Shown here: positions 40,096 through 51,780 of the stretch, piece after piece
Layout of the letters: the number at the start of each line of letters is the position of its first letter
How positions within the stretch are numbered: position 1 is the first letter of the stretch
Assembly: GCA_963422645.2 (NCBI GenBank)
Contig: CAXXVO010000007.1
Coordinates: 288,001-352,000 of the forward strand
Origin: Alphaproteobacteria bacterium
GTDB taxonomy: Bacteria > Pseudomonadota > Alphaproteobacteria > UBA828
Direction of reading: 5' to 3'
DNA: 64,000 nucleotides
Notes under the pieces: generated by a model
What the model was told of the DNA's origin: nothing
Database searches by the model: none
The model's input: the letters and a program-made list of their open reading frames with translations, nothing else
Program-made: the position numbers and the translations under genes

Positions 40096-41274
40096 ATGGA
40101 CTTTCTCCGCCCCGAAATCGCCGCCCTCGAACAGAACGGGATTACTCGTGTGGCGCTGACGCGCATCGGCGATCCAGACGTGATCGCGCTCTGGTTCGGC
40201 GAAGGCGATGCTGTAACCGAGAGTTTCATCCGCGAGGCCGCCAAGGAGGCGCTCGATGCGGGCGACACGTTCTACACCCACACCCGCGGCAAGCAGGCGC
40301 TGCGCGACGCACTGAAGCGCTACCTCGACGGCCTCTACGGGATCGACCTCGATCCCGACCGAATTACTGCGCCGGGCTCGACCATGCTCGGCATCACCAT
40401 CGCCGCGCAGATGGCGCTGACCACCGGCGATCACGCGATCATCGTCGGCCCGGTCTGGCCGAACATCGAGAGCACCTACCGGGCGACCGGCGCCGAGGTG
40501 ACGTACGTGAGCCAGCGGCGGACGGAGGCCGGATGGCAGCTCGATCTCGACGACATCCGCGCCGCGCTGCGCCCCCGCACGCGCTCGCTCTTCGTCAACA
40601 CCCCCTGCAACCCGACCGGCTGGGTGATGCCCACCGAACAGCAGGCCGAGCTGCTGCAGCTCTGCCGGGAGCGGAACATCCTCCTGATCGCCGACGAGGT
40701 CTACCATCGCAACGTCTATGACGGTGACGTCGCGCCGTCCTTTTTGGCGCTCGCGCGCAACGACGATCCGGTGGTCGTCGTGAGCGGGTTCTCCAAGGCC
40801 TGGGCTATGACCGGGTGGCGCATCGGCTGGGTGGTAGCGCCGAGCCGACACGCCCAAACCTGGGCGGTCCTCTCCGAATGCTTCAACACCGGGGCAACCG
40901 TGTTCGTGCAGACGGCGGCGATCACGGCACTGGAGCGGGGCGAGGAGGCGCTTGGCCGGCTACGCAACCAATACGCAAGGGGACGGGAGATCGTGGCCGA
41001 GGTGCTGGGGCGCTGCCCGCGCGTCGAGTTCACGGAGCCGCAAGGCGCGTTCTATGCGTTTCCGCGCGTGCGGGGGCTCACATCGAGCCTCGCGTTCGCG
41101 GAGGGTGTGCTCGCGGAGGAGGACGTCGGCATCGCGCCGGGCTACACCTTCGGTCCCGGCAACGAGGCGTATTTCCGGCTCTGCTTCGCGCACTCGCATG
41201 AGGCCTTGCGCGAGGGGCTCGAGCGGATCGTCCGTTACATCGAGCGCCACGACAACGAGTTTGATTCGATCTGA
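40096..41274 (+). CDS. PLP-dependent aminotransferase class I/II
   Basis: WFGEGD, NTPCNPTG, ADEVY, SFSK-like [14 protein letters not shown]. Confidence 0.93.
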   Translation: MDFLRPEIAALEQNGITRVALTRIGDPDVIALWFGEGDAVTESFIREAAKEALDAGDTFYTHTRGKQALRDALKRYLDGLYGIDLDPDRITAPGSTMLGITIAAQMALTTGDHAIIVGPVWPNIESTYRATGAEVTYVSQRRTEAGWQLDLDDIRAALRPRTRSLFVNTPCNPTGWVMPTEQQAELLQLCRERNILLIADEVYHRNVYDGDVAPSFLALARNDDPVVVVSGFSKAWAMTGWRIGWVVAPSRHAQTWAVLSECFNTGATVFVQTAAITALERGEEALGRLRNQYARGREIVAEVLGRCPRVEFTEPQGAFYAFPRVRGLTSSLAFAEGVLAEEDVGIAPGYTFGPGNEAYFRLCFAHSHEALREGLERIVRYIERHDNEFDSI

Positions 41275-41386
41275 ATCAGCAAATTAGAGGGTCACGCATC
41301 CTGGGGCAATGAAGCTCCACGCACGAAAGGGCCGCCCCGACCATTGGCTAAGGCGGCCCTCCGCACGACGCTTGGCAGCACCGGCA

Positions 41387-42376
41387 CTACATGTAGAGCG
41401 GCTCGTTCTCCATGCCCTCGTAGAGCGAGGCGACCTGCTCGGCATAGCCGTTGTGGAGCAATGTCGGGCGGCTCTCCTGCCCGTCCGGCCCGTGGAAGCG
41501 CTCGCTTGCCTGGCTCCAGCGGGGGTGCGGCACTTTCGGGTTGACGTTGGCCCAGAAGCCATACTCGTTGCCGGCGAGCTCCTCCCAGAAGGAAACCGGC
41601 CGCTCGTTCGTGAAGCTGAAGCGGACGATGCCCTTGATGTGCTTGAAGCCGTACTTCCACGGCACGGCGAGTCGCAGCGGGGCGCCGTTCTGCTTCGGGA
41701 TCGGCTTGCCGTAGTAGCCGGTCGCGATAAAGGCGAGCTCGTTGGTGGCCTCGGCCATGGTCAGGCCCTCGATATAGGGCCACGGATACCAGAACTGCCG
41801 CTGCCCCTCGGCCACGTCGTCGTCCTCGAAGGTCTGCATCAGCAGGTACTTGGCATCGCCAAGCGGCCGCGCGAAATCGACGAGCGCCTTGAGCGGGAAG
41901 CCGCTGTAGGGCACGGCGATCGACCACGCCTCGACGCAGCGGTGGCGGTAGAGCCGCTCCTCCAAGGGCATCTTCGCCAGCAGGTCGTCGATGCCGATTG
42001 TCATCGGCTCTTCCACCAGCCCGTCGAACTCGACCGTCCAGGGCCGGATCTTGAGCGCCTGCGCGTTCTGCGAGATCTCCTTGAAGGAGCCGAACTCGTA
42101 GTAGTTGTTGTAGGTGGTGGCGAAGTCCTCCGGCGTCAGCGGCCGGTCGAGAGAGTAGGCCGGGTTCTGCTCGACCGGATAGAGGTGGGCCGAGGGGTCC
42201 TCGTGCTCATCGGCCAGCGCCGAGCCGAGCCCGCCCGCGAACGGGACTGCGGCACCTGCAGCGAGCAGCGGGCCCGTGGCGAGCCCCTTGAGAAGCGTGC
42301 GCCGGTTCATGAACACCGATTCGGGAGTTGCGGCGGAGTCCGGCAGCTCCCAGCCGCGTTTGATCTTGATCAACAT
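41387..42376 (-). CDS. msrP: Protein-methionine-sulfoxide reductase catalytic subunit
   Basis: MLIK..TPESVFMNRR Tat signal, YNNYYEFG, RHRCVEAWS, QNGAPLRL..PWKYGFK, HPRWSQASER. Confidence 0.95.
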   Translation of the reverse strand: MLIKIKRGWELPDSAATPESVFMNRRTLLKGLATGPLLAAGAAVPFAGGLGSALADEHEDPSAHLYPVEQNPAYSLDRPLTPEDFATTYNNYYEFGSFKEISQNAQALKIRPWTVEFDGLVEEPMTIGIDDLLAKMPLEERLYRHRCVEAWSIAVPYSGFPLKALVDFARPLGDAKYLLMQTFEDDDVAEGQRQFWYPWPYIEGLTMAEATNELAFIATGYYGKPIPKQNGAPLRLAVPWKYGFKHIKGIVRFSFTNERPVSFWEELAGNEYGFWANVNPKVPHPRWSQASERFHGPDGQESRPTLLHNGYAEQVASLYEGMENEPLYM

Positions 42377-42503
42377 CGAAGGCCCTCCGCTCATACAGTT
42401 GCGTCCTGCCCCAACGCCCGCGCGCGGGGCTCTTGCAGAGAGAGATGACACTGGCGGGCGCTCACGGCAATTCAACGCTGCGTGAGCGGTCCTCAAGCCG
42501 CCG

Positions 42504-43787
<1,284 letters not shown>

Positions 43788-43831
43788 CTAAGCTCGCCGC
43801 TCAGGTCAGACCGAGGAGCGCGTGCGAAGCC

Positions 43832-45682
43832 ATGAACGACTCATCGCCTGCCGCATCCGCCGCCCTATCGACCGCCGCTGCGGCTGAGACCGAGGAGCAC
43901 CTGAGCGCCCTCAATCTCGCGGTCATGGCCAACCGCATGGACGCGATCTGCCGTGAAATGACCAACACCGTGCTGCACAGCGCGCGCTCGGCCGTTATCG
44001 GCATCGCGCGGGATTTTTCCTGTGCCATCATCACCTCGAACCACGAGGTGCTCGCCATCGCCGAGGCCATGCCCATCCACGTCTTCGGCATGAACATCCA
44101 GACCGCCATCATGAGCGAGAGGCACCCGGACTTCCGCGAGGGCGACGCCTTTCTCGACAACGACCCCTACGGCGGCAACAGCCACGCGGCCGATCACACG
44201 ATCCTGGTGCCGGTGTTCCACGAGGGCGAGCATTTCTTCACGGTCGGCATCAAGGCCCACCAGGCGGACGTGGGCAACAGCCAGCCGACCACCTACTTCG
44301 CTGCGGCCACGGACGTCTATCACGAAGGCGCGCTGATCTTCCCCTGCGTCCAGGTGCAGAGCGACTATCGCGACATCGACGACATCGTCCGCATGTGCCG
44401 GCGCCGCATCCGGGTGCCCGACCAGTGGTTCGGCGATTACCTCGCCGCCATCGGGGCCGCGCGGATCGGCGAGCGACGGCTCAAGGAGTTCATCGACAAG
44501 TACGGCGCCAAGGCGGTGCGCGCCTTCATCCACGAATGGCTCGACTATTCCGAGCGGCGCGCACGCGAGGCGATCAGGGCGCTGCCCAGCGGGCGGTTGG
44601 AGAACGAGGGCTGTCACGATCCGATCCAGCCCTTCCTGCCCGACGGCATCCCGGTCAAGGTAACCATCGATATCGACGGTGAGGCCGGCTTCATCACGGT
44701 CGATCTGCGCGACAACCCGGATTGCGTGGACGCCGGCATGAACCTCACCCGCGTCACCTCGACCATGGCGGCGGCCCAGGCGGTCTTCGCCTGCCTGGAC
44801 TCGGACATCCCGCACAACGCGGGCAGCTTCCGCCGGCTCGACGTGCTGCTCAGGGAGAACTGCGTTGTCGGCATTCCACGCTTCCCACACAGCTGCTCGG
44901 TCGCCACCACCAACATGACCGATATGATCATCAACCTGATCCAGTCGGCCTTCGCCGCCCTTGGCGACGGCTACGGCTTCAGCCAAGGCAACTTCTGCAA
45001 CGGCGCGGGCACCGGCGTCTGCTCGGGCAAGGACTGGCGGCGGGACGGCGCACCCTACGTCAACCAGATGTTCATGTCGGCCGGCGGCATGGCGGCCTCG
45101 GCCGAGACCGACGGCATGCACGGCCTGGTCAACCCGGTGAGCGTGGGCCTCGTCTACCGCGACAGCATCGAGGTGAACGAGCAACGTTTTCCGTTCCAGG
45201 TCGACAGCGTGCGCGCGCTGGTGGATTCATGCGGCGCCGGCCGCCGGCGCGGCGGTCCCGCGTCGGAGGTGATCTTCGGGCCGCGCCACGACCCGATGCT
45301 GGTCATCAACATCTGCAATGGGCTCACCATCCTGCCCCAGGGCGTGCGCGGCGGCCTGCCCTCGCAGGCGGGCTATCAGGCGAAGATCGCGGCCGACGGT
45401 TCGCTCGAAGTCTATGAGACCGACGCCTACTGCCACCTGGAGGCGGGCTCCAAGCTGCACGCCATCGACAATGGCGGCGGCGGTTACGGCGATCCGCTGG
45501 AGCGCGAGCCCGAGCGGGTGCTCGACGACGTGAACGAACGCTACGTCTCCCGCTCCGAGGCGGAGGCGCTCTACGGCGTGGTGATCGTGGGCTCGGAGGC
45601 GGATGACAACCTCGCCGTCGATGCCGCAGCCACCGAGGCGCTCCGCCGCGCGAGGCAGGAAACCTCTGTGCAAGCAGGTTAG
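43832..45682 (+). CDS. Hydantoinase B/5-oxoprolinase family protein
   Basis: RDFSCAI, NDPYGGNSH..D, HQADVG, EG..FP, GAGRRRGG, GGGGYGDPLER. Confidence 0.92.
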   Translation: MNDSSPAASAALSTAAAAETEEHLSALNLAVMANRMDAICREMTNTVLHSARSAVIGIARDFSCAIITSNHEVLAIAEAMPIHVFGMNIQTAIMSERHPDFREGDAFLDNDPYGGNSHAADHTILVPVFHEGEHFFTVGIKAHQADVGNSQPTTYFAAATDVYHEGALIFPCVQVQSDYRDIDDIVRMCRRRIRVPDQWFGDYLAAIGAARIGERRLKEFIDKYGAKAVRAFIHEWLDYSERRAREAIRALPSGRLENEGCHDPIQPFLPDGIPVKVTIDIDGEAGFITVDLRDNPDCVDAGMNLTRVTSTMAAAQAVFACLDSDIPHNAGSFRRLDVLLRENCVVGIPRFPHSCSVATTNMTDMIINLIQSAFAALGDGYGFSQGNFCNGAGTGVCSGKDWRRDGAPYVNQMFMSAGGMAASAETDGMHGLVNPVSVGLVYRDSIEVNEQRFPFQVDSVRALVDSCGAGRRRGGPASEVIFGPRHDPMLVINICNGLTILPQGVRGGLPSQAGYQAKIAADGSLEVYETDAYCHLEAGSKLHAIDNGGGGYGDPLEREPERVLDDVNERYVSRSEAEALYGVVIVGSEADDNLAVDAAATEALRRARQETSVQAG

Positions 45683-45795
45683 AGCGAGTCCGTCTTCGAC
45701 GGACACGTGACAGGCCGCGACCGCGGCCCGCCGCTCCTGCGGCGCCCTCGCGGAGGCGCCGGCCGGAGGCCGGCTGCCGTGAGCGAAAAAAGGTC

Positions 45796-47022
45796 TTAAG
45801 CAGCGAGCGCCCGCTGTCGCCGCGCCAGGAAGACCACGATCGCGGCGTTCAATACGTTGAAGGCGACCGCGTTGATGAATGACGCGGTGTAGGAGCCCGT
45901 CAGGTCATAGAGCGCGCCGGCCATCCAGCCGCCGAGCGCCATGCCGGCGAAGGTGAAGAGCATCGCCCAGCCGACCCGCCGGCCCGCCTCGTGCGCGGGG
46001 AAATACGTCCTGATGATGATGGTGTAGGACGGCACGATCCCGCCCTGGGAGAGGCCGAAGACGGCCGAGACCACGAAGAGCAGCGTGAGCGTGTCGGCGC
46101 CGAGGAAGGCGACCAGCGCCAGCGCCTGCAGGACCGAGCCGAGCAGCAGCGTGCGCAGCCCGCCGATCCGGTCCGAGATGAAGCCGGAGCCGATCCGGCT
46201 CACGATGCCGGTGCCGAGCATGAGCGAAAGCATCTCGGCGCCGCGCTGGGCGGCGTATCCGAGATCGGTGACGTGGGCGACGATGTGCACCTGGGGCGCC
46301 GCCATGGCGACGCAGCACCCGAGCCCGGCCGCGCAGAGCAGGCATTGAAGCGTGCCGGGGGCGATGCCCAGCGGCCTGCCTGCGCCCGGTGCTGCGCGCG
46401 CCGCCCGCGCCTCGATCAGTGCGGCCGGCTTGCGATAGAGCAGCGCGACGAGCGGCAGCATGGTGACAGCCATGAGGATGGCGATCGCGATGAAGGTCTC
46501 GCGCCAGCCCCGCGCGTCGAGCGAGGCCTGAACGAGCGGCGGCCAGAGCGCGCCGGCAAAATAGGTTCCGGTAATCACAATCGCGACGGCGAGCCCCCTC
46601 CGCCGGGTGAACCAGTGCGAGATATCGGCCGCTATCGGGGCGAAGAGGGCGGAGGTGCCGAGCAATCCGGACAATACCCCGAGCGAGACGCAGAACTGCC
46701 AGAACTCCTCGGCGAAGGCGGCGCCGGCCATGCCGGCGGGGAGGCCCACGCACCCGATCAGGACTGGCACCAGCACGCCGTGGCGGTCGGCGAGACGGCC
46801 CATCACGACGCCGCCGATCCCGCCCGTCACCATGAACATCATGTAGGGGAGCGACGCGACGCCGCGCCCCACGCCGAACTCGAAGGACACGGGCTTGAGG
46901 ACCACGATCACCGCGTACATGGCCGCCCCGCCCATGGTCACAAGGACCAGCGAGGTAATCAGGCGCACCACTGGGTAGATGGAGGGCGCCGAGCCCGGCA
47001 TCGTGTGGTCGGTCTCGCTCAT
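45796..47022 (-). CDS. MFS transporter
   Basis: 12 hydrophobic segments, GRLADRHG, WFTRRRGLA, GFISDRIG. Confidence 0.92.
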   Translation of the reverse strand: MSETDHTMPGSAPSIYPVVRLITSLVLVTMGGAAMYAVIVVLKPVSFEFGVGRGVASLPYMMFMVTGGIGGVVMGRLADRHGVLVPVLIGCVGLPAGMAGAAFAEEFWQFCVSLGVLSGLLGTSALFAPIAADISHWFTRRRGLAVAIVITGTYFAGALWPPLVQASLDARGWRETFIAIAILMAVTMLPLVALLYRKPAALIEARAARAAPGAGRPLGIAPGTLQCLLCAAGLGCCVAMAAPQVHIVAHVTDLGYAAQRGAEMLSLMLGTGIVSRIGSGFISDRIGGLRTLLLGSVLQALALVAFLGADTLTLLFVVSAVFGLSQGGIVPSYTIIIRTYFPAHEAGRRVGWAMLFTFAGMALGGWMAGALYDLTGSYTASFINAVAFNVLNAAIVVFLARRQRALAA

Positions 47023-47145
47023 GTATCGTCCACGTGGCGGCCGCCCACGCGCTGGGTGGCGTCGGCCGCGCACGCTACCACGCGCCAAGCGACCGGGCGA
47101 GGCGGCCCGGCGAGCGCGGCGGCCAAAGGGGGGAGTCGACGGGCG

Positions 47146-48333
47146 ATGTTCCTGAAAGCGCTGAAGGCCCGCAACCGGGCGTTCCTCGAAGCAGCGGTTG
47201 CGCTGCACCAGGCGGGCCGGGTGCCGGCCGGCGCCTATCTGCTCGACCTCGACACGATGACCGAGAACGCGCGCCTGATGAGCGCCGAGGCGGCCCGGCT
47301 CGGCCTCGACCTGCTGGCGATGACCAAGCAGATCGGCCGCAACCCGCCGGCCCTCGATGCGCTCAAGGCGGGCGGGGTCGACCGCTTCGTCGCGGTCGAC
47401 ATGGCCTGCGCCCGGCCGATCCACGCCAACGGCCACGGCTTGGCCCACATCGGCCACCTCGGCCAGATCCCGCGCCACGAGGCGGCGGAGGCCGCGGCCA
47501 TGCGCGCCGATTACTGGACCGTCTTCAACGAGGAGAAGGCGGTCGAGGCCGCGCAGGCGGCAGCGGCGCAGGGTCACGAGCAGGCGCTGATCGCGCGCAT
47601 CCAGGCGCCCGGCGACACCTTCTACTCCGGCCACGAGGGGGGCTTCGACGCGAGCGCAGTCGAGGCCGCGGCGGATGCGCTCGATCGCACGCCGGGCGGC
47701 CGCTTCGCCGGGCTCACCACCTTCCCCGCCCTGCTCTTCGACGAAGCCTCAGGCGAGGCGCGGCCGACCCCCAATCTCGCGACCCTGCGCGAGGCCGCGT
47801 CACGGCTCGGCAGGGAGGGACGGCACGACATCGTCATCAACGCGCCGGGCACCACGTCCGCCCGCGTGATGGCAGCGCTGGCGGAGGGCGGCGCGACCCA
47901 GGTAGAGCCCGGCCACGGGCTCACCGGCACCTCGCCGCTCCACGCCCGCTCCGACCTGCCGGAGCGCCCGGCGATGCTCTATCTGAGCGAGGTCTCCCAC
48001 TTCCACCAGGGCCGCGCCTACTGCTTCGGCGGCGGGCTCTACATCGACCCGGTGTTCGAGTCCTACCCGCTCAAGGCGCTGGTGGGCCCGGACCCGGAGG
48101 CGGCGCTCGCGCAGGAGGTCGACGCCGCCACGCCGGACCCGGCGATGATCGACTATTACGGCCAGCTCCTGCCGGAGCCCCACCAGCCCGTCGCGGTGGG
48201 CGATACGGTGATCTTCGGCTTCCGCGCGCAGGCCTTCTTCACCCGCGCCCTCATCGTGCCGGTCGCAGGGATCGGCAGCGGCCGGCCCGAGGCGCAGGGT
48301 GTCTGGACGACTGACGGCCGCCCCGCTTCCTGA
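47146..48333 (+). CDS. YhfX-like PLP-dependent alanine-racemase-fold protein
   Basis: MFL..RN, MTKQIGRNP, GHLGQIP, YSGHEGGF, EPGHGLTG, YLSEVSH, FRAQAF. Confidence 0.88.
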   Translation: MFLKALKARNRAFLEAAVALHQAGRVPAGAYLLDLDTMTENARLMSAEAARLGLDLLAMTKQIGRNPPALDALKAGGVDRFVAVDMACARPIHANGHGLAHIGHLGQIPRHEAAEAAAMRADYWTVFNEEKAVEAAQAAAAQGHEQALIARIQAPGDTFYSGHEGGFDASAVEAAADALDRTPGGRFAGLTTFPALLFDEASGEARPTPNLATLREAASRLGREGRHDIVINAPGTTSARVMAALAEGGATQVEPGHGLTGTSPLHARSDLPERPAMLYLSEVSHFHQGRAYCFGGGLYIDPVFESYPLKALVGPDPEAALAQEVDAATPDPAMIDYYGQLLPEPHQPVAVGDTVIFGFRAQAFFTRALIVPVAGIGSGRPEAQGVWTTDGRPAS

Positions 48334-48415
48334 CCCGCGGACGCCGCGCGCCAGGCGCTCCCGAACTGGAGCGACAGTCCTCGATCCCATGGGACAAGAA
48401 TCAACATTTTTCTGC

Positions 48416-48470
48416 GGGATTCGCCGGGATAAGTGGGATTAAGTGGGATAAGTGGGATTCCGGGAGGGAT
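48416..48470 (+). repeat. Periodic GGGAT repeats (9-12 bp spacing) between convergent genes
   Basis: gggat at 48416, 48426, 48435, 48445, 48454, 48466; core AAGTGGGAT x3. Confidence 0.75.
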
Positions 48471-48650
48471 ACTCTTGCCCAGGAAGCGCCCGTCATTCCG
48501 ACATCATCTGCCGCGGTCCCTTCGCTCCTCATGACATAATGGTGTCGCACCGCATCTGCGCCGTGCACCGCACCATGGTTGGGGGTCGCGCGAGCCTGAA
48601 AGGTCTCGCGTGTGGAACATTGGGTCGCGCGCGGAAACGAGTCGAGAGGG

Positions 48651-50303
48651 TCAGCCGACGGAGGTTGGCGCGAGGCGGGAGAGCTTGCGGGTCTCGGCGG
48701 TAATGACGTCAACCACCGCCGGTTGGCCCTCGTTCGTGGCGTGGATCGCGCGCTCCAGCGCGGGCCTCAGCGCCGCGGGTTCGGTCACCTTCTCGGCATG
48801 GCAGCCGAGGCTCGCCGCGATGGTCGCGTAGTCGCCCTGCTGCCGGTTCGCCTCGAAGCGCGCCGAGGCCTCGGGGATGTTGCGGTCGTAGCCCGAGAAG
48901 ATCGAATCGTGCTTGATCACGGTGAGGATCGGGATGTCGTTGCGCGACGCGGTCTCCCAGTCCATGCCGGTCATGCCCACCGAGGCGTCGCCCATGACGT
49001 TGACGACCAGCTTGTCGGGGTTCGCGAGCTTCGCGCCCATGGCGAGGCCGAGGGAGAAGCCGAGCTGCGAGGACTGCCCCCAGCCCAGATAGCTGCGCGG
49101 CGGACCCGATTGGTAGAAGACGCTCTGGATATCCCGCGAGGCGCCGGACTCGTGAGTGAGCATCGACGTCTCCGGGTCGAGCAGGGACCAGAGCTCGCGC
49201 ATCATGCGGTAGCCGTTGATGGGCGCCGAATCGTCGGCGAAGAGCGGCTCGTACTCGGCATGCCACTCGCGCTTGATGCGGGCGATGGTGTCGGCGGTCT
49301 CGGCGCGGCGCTCGGCCCGGCCCTCGCCCACGTGGCGCCTCAGCTCGGCGGCGAGCTGCGCGAGGAAGAGCTTGGCGTCGGCCACCATGCCGACGGCCGC
49401 AGGATACTCCTTGTTGATATCAATGGGGTCCACGGTCGCGTGGATAATGGTCTTGCCGTCCGGGATATTTGGCGTGAAGGGCGCGCGCGTCAGGCTGGAG
49501 CCCACGGCGAGCACGCAGTCGCTCGCCTGCAGATAGTGCGCGGCCATGGCCGTGGTCGAGAGCGCGCCGACGCCCGCCGCCAGCGGATGCACCTCAGGAA
49601 TCGCGCTCTTGCCCTGCAGCGTCGTCATCGCCGGCGCGCCGAGCAGCTCGGCGACCTCACGGAGCTCGTCGCTCGCCTCGGCCCAGAGCACGCCCTGGCC
49701 GGCCCAGATCAGCGGTGTCTCGGCTGCGAGCAGGCGCTCGGCTGCCTCCCGCACCGCGCCCTCGTCTGCCGCAGAGCGCATGCGCCGCACCGGCGTGTAC
49801 TCGGGCGCACCATTCACCTCGCCCGCGCACGCATCGCCCAGCAGCTCCAGCATCACCGGCTGCGGCCTCCCTGAGCGGAGCGCGGTGAAGGCCTGGCGCA
49901 GCTTGATCGGCATGTGGTCGGCGGCCAGCACCTTCTGCGCCATTTTCGTGGTGGCGGTGTAATTCGCCTTGCTGTCGAAGGTGGGGGGCTGGTCGACATA
50001 GGACGTGCCGGGATGGCCGGGGAGGAAGAGCACCGGCGACGAATCCGTGTGCGCCTGGGCGACGCTGGCGAACGCGTTCTCCGATCCCGCCAGGGCCTGG
50101 ACCGTGAAGACGCCGATCTCGCGGCCGTTGGTGGAGCGCGAGATACCGTCCGCCATGTTGCCGGCGACCCGCTCCTGCCGTGTGGTGATGACGCGAAGCC
50201 CCGCCCGCGCCATCGCCTCGATGATCGGGGTCATGGGGAAGCAGAGGCACTGGCGGACCCCTTCCGCCTTCAGAATCTTCACCAAGAGATCGGCGCCGGT
50301 CAT
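48651..50303 (-). CDS. Thiamine-diphosphate-dependent enzyme (acetolactate-synthase-like family)
   Basis: RQERVAGNMADG, MGDAS ThDP-binding motif; GGGGAGG RBS. Confidence 0.92.
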   Translation of the reverse strand: MTGADLLVKILKAEGVRQCLCFPMTPIIEAMARAGLRVITTRQERVAGNMADGISRSTNGREIGVFTVQALAGSENAFASVAQAHTDSSPVLFLPGHPGTSYVDQPPTFDSKANYTATTKMAQKVLAADHMPIKLRQAFTALRSGRPQPVMLELLGDACAGEVNGAPEYTPVRRMRSAADEGAVREAAERLLAAETPLIWAGQGVLWAEASDELREVAELLGAPAMTTLQGKSAIPEVHPLAAGVGALSTTAMAAHYLQASDCVLAVGSSLTRAPFTPNIPDGKTIIHATVDPIDINKEYPAAVGMVADAKLFLAQLAAELRRHVGEGRAERRAETADTIARIKREWHAEYEPLFADDSAPINGYRMMRELWSLLDPETSMLTHESGASRDIQSVFYQSGPPRSYLGWGQSSQLGFSLGLAMGAKLANPDKLVVNVMGDASVGMTGMDWETASRNDIPILTVIKHDSIFSGYDRNIPEASARFEANRQQGDYATIAASLGCHAEKVTEPAALRPALERAIHATNEGQPAVVDVITAETRKLSRLAPTSVG

Positions 50304-50388
50304 GCTGGCCTCCCCACTGTCCACATCGTCGATGTCCACACGCGCCCGTCGCCCCGGCGCGGGGCGCGCAGGCGGCGCTTTCGAACCT

Positions 50389-51258
50389 TCAGAGCGCGGC
50401 GAGCGCCTCGATCGCGTTCCGGTCCGGCGCCGTGCTGCCTGCGGGATCGAGGGGCTGGATGCAGACGTGGCTCGCGCCCGCGTCGAAATGCTCCCTGATC
50501 CGCGCACGCACGGTCTCCGGCTTGCCCCAGGCCACCATGGCATCGAGGAAGCGGTCGCTGCCCCGCTCGCCCAGCTCGTCCTCGCCGAAACCGAGGCTGA
50601 GCCAGTTGTTGCGGTAGTTCGTGAGCGGCATGTAGATCGCAAGCGTCTGTGCCGCGACATTGCGCGCCGTCGATGCCTCGTTGGTGACGCAGACCTTCTG
50701 CTCGACGCAGAGCCAGGCGTCGGGGCCCACGATTTCCCGCGCCCGTGCCGTGTGCTCCGGCGTCACGTTGTAGGGATGCGCGCCGCGCGTCCGTTCCGCT
50801 GCCAGCGCCAGCATCCGGGGCCCGAGAGCCGCAAGCACCACATTCCGCTCCTGAGCAGGGATGGCCACCTCGGCCGCGTCCATCGCATCGAGGTAGGCGC
50901 GCATGGTCGCCACGGGCTTGGCGTAGCTATGCCCGCGGAAGCCCTCCACCAGGGGCACGTGCGAGACGCCGAGCCCGAGCACGAAGCGGTCGCCGTAGAA
51001 GTGGTTGAGGGTATCGTGGCCCGCGATCGCGGCCACCGCGTCCCGCGCATAGATGTTGGCGATGCCACTCGCGGCGCAGAGCCGTTCCGTCTCCGACAGC
51101 ACGAAGGCGGCGAAGCTGAGGCTCTCGAAGCCCGTGCCCTCGGGATACCAGAGCGCGTCGTAGCCCAGGCCTTCGGCCGCCTGCGCAAAGCTCGCGACTT
51201 CGCGCGCCGATGGCGCATCCGGGAATATCCACACGCCCCGTTTGCCCAACTCCTTCAT
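50389..51258 (-). CDS. LLM-class (probably F420-dependent) oxidoreductase
   Basis: AEGLGYDALW, SGIANIYARD, RFVLGLGVSH, AALGPRML, GAHPY. Confidence 0.88.
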   Translation of the reverse strand: MKELGKRGVWIFPDAPSAREVASFAQAAEGLGYDALWYPEGTGFESLSFAAFVLSETERLCAASGIANIYARDAVAAIAGHDTLNHFYGDRFVLGLGVSHVPLVEGFRGHSYAKPVATMRAYLDAMDAAEVAIPAQERNVVLAALGPRMLALAAERTRGAHPYNVTPEHTARAREIVGPDAWLCVEQKVCVTNEASTARNVAAQTLAIYMPLTNYRNNWLSLGFGEDELGERGSDRFLDAMVAWGKPETVRARIREHFDAGASHVCIQPLDPAGSTAPDRNAIEALAAL

Positions 51259-51393
51259 GCCCTGCGTCTCCCCGCCCCTTCGCCAGACCTGAGCGCGGGA
51301 ACGTAGCACGGATTGGGGCCCGATGGCCCGAGCGCCCGGCGGGGGTTATCCTGCCTGCCCAACCCGCCCACGACCGGGAGCAGGAGGCGAGGC

Positions 51394-51762
51394 ATGGCAG
51401 GCGAGACGGCGGCCCACCACGACAGGGACAAGGTCTACCGCGCGCGCTTCGACAAGCAGCTGCGCGCGCATCTCAGGACCCTCATCACGCCAGCGCTCAT
51501 CGAGGAGTACCGCACGCGCCCGCTCGGCCAGCACTCCGACGATCTGGAGCGCGTGCTCAACTACTTCCGTCGCACACCCTTCGAGGGCAAGTACGTGCTC
51601 TTCGAGCTGGAGGCCAACCGCCGGTACAAGATCGTGACCACCACGGCGCGGGAGGGCGGCCTGCCCCAGGAGGTGGACGGGACGATCTACAGCGACAAGA
51701 ACGAGGCGCTCCACGCGGTCTTCCTCAAGCGGGTGGACGCGCTGATGGCGAGCGACAGCTGA
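51394..51762 (+). CDS. N,N-dimethylformamidase small-subunit-like protein
   Basis: EEYRTRPLGQHSDDLERVLNYFRR, EALHAVFLKR; directly precedes the large subunit. Confidence 0.8.
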   Translation: MAGETAAHHDRDKVYRARFDKQLRAHLRTLITPALIEEYRTRPLGQHSDDLERVLNYFRRTPFEGKYVLFELEANRRYKIVTTTAREGGLPQEVDGTIYSDKNEALHAVFLKRVDALMASDS

Positions 51763-51780
51763 GGTCCGGGGGGAAGAGCG

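Noticed and set aside
45796-48333. 612-aa and 780-aa ORFs suggesting fusions
   Set aside because: Upstream extensions are antisense to the neighbouring gene; real starts are about 47022 and 47146
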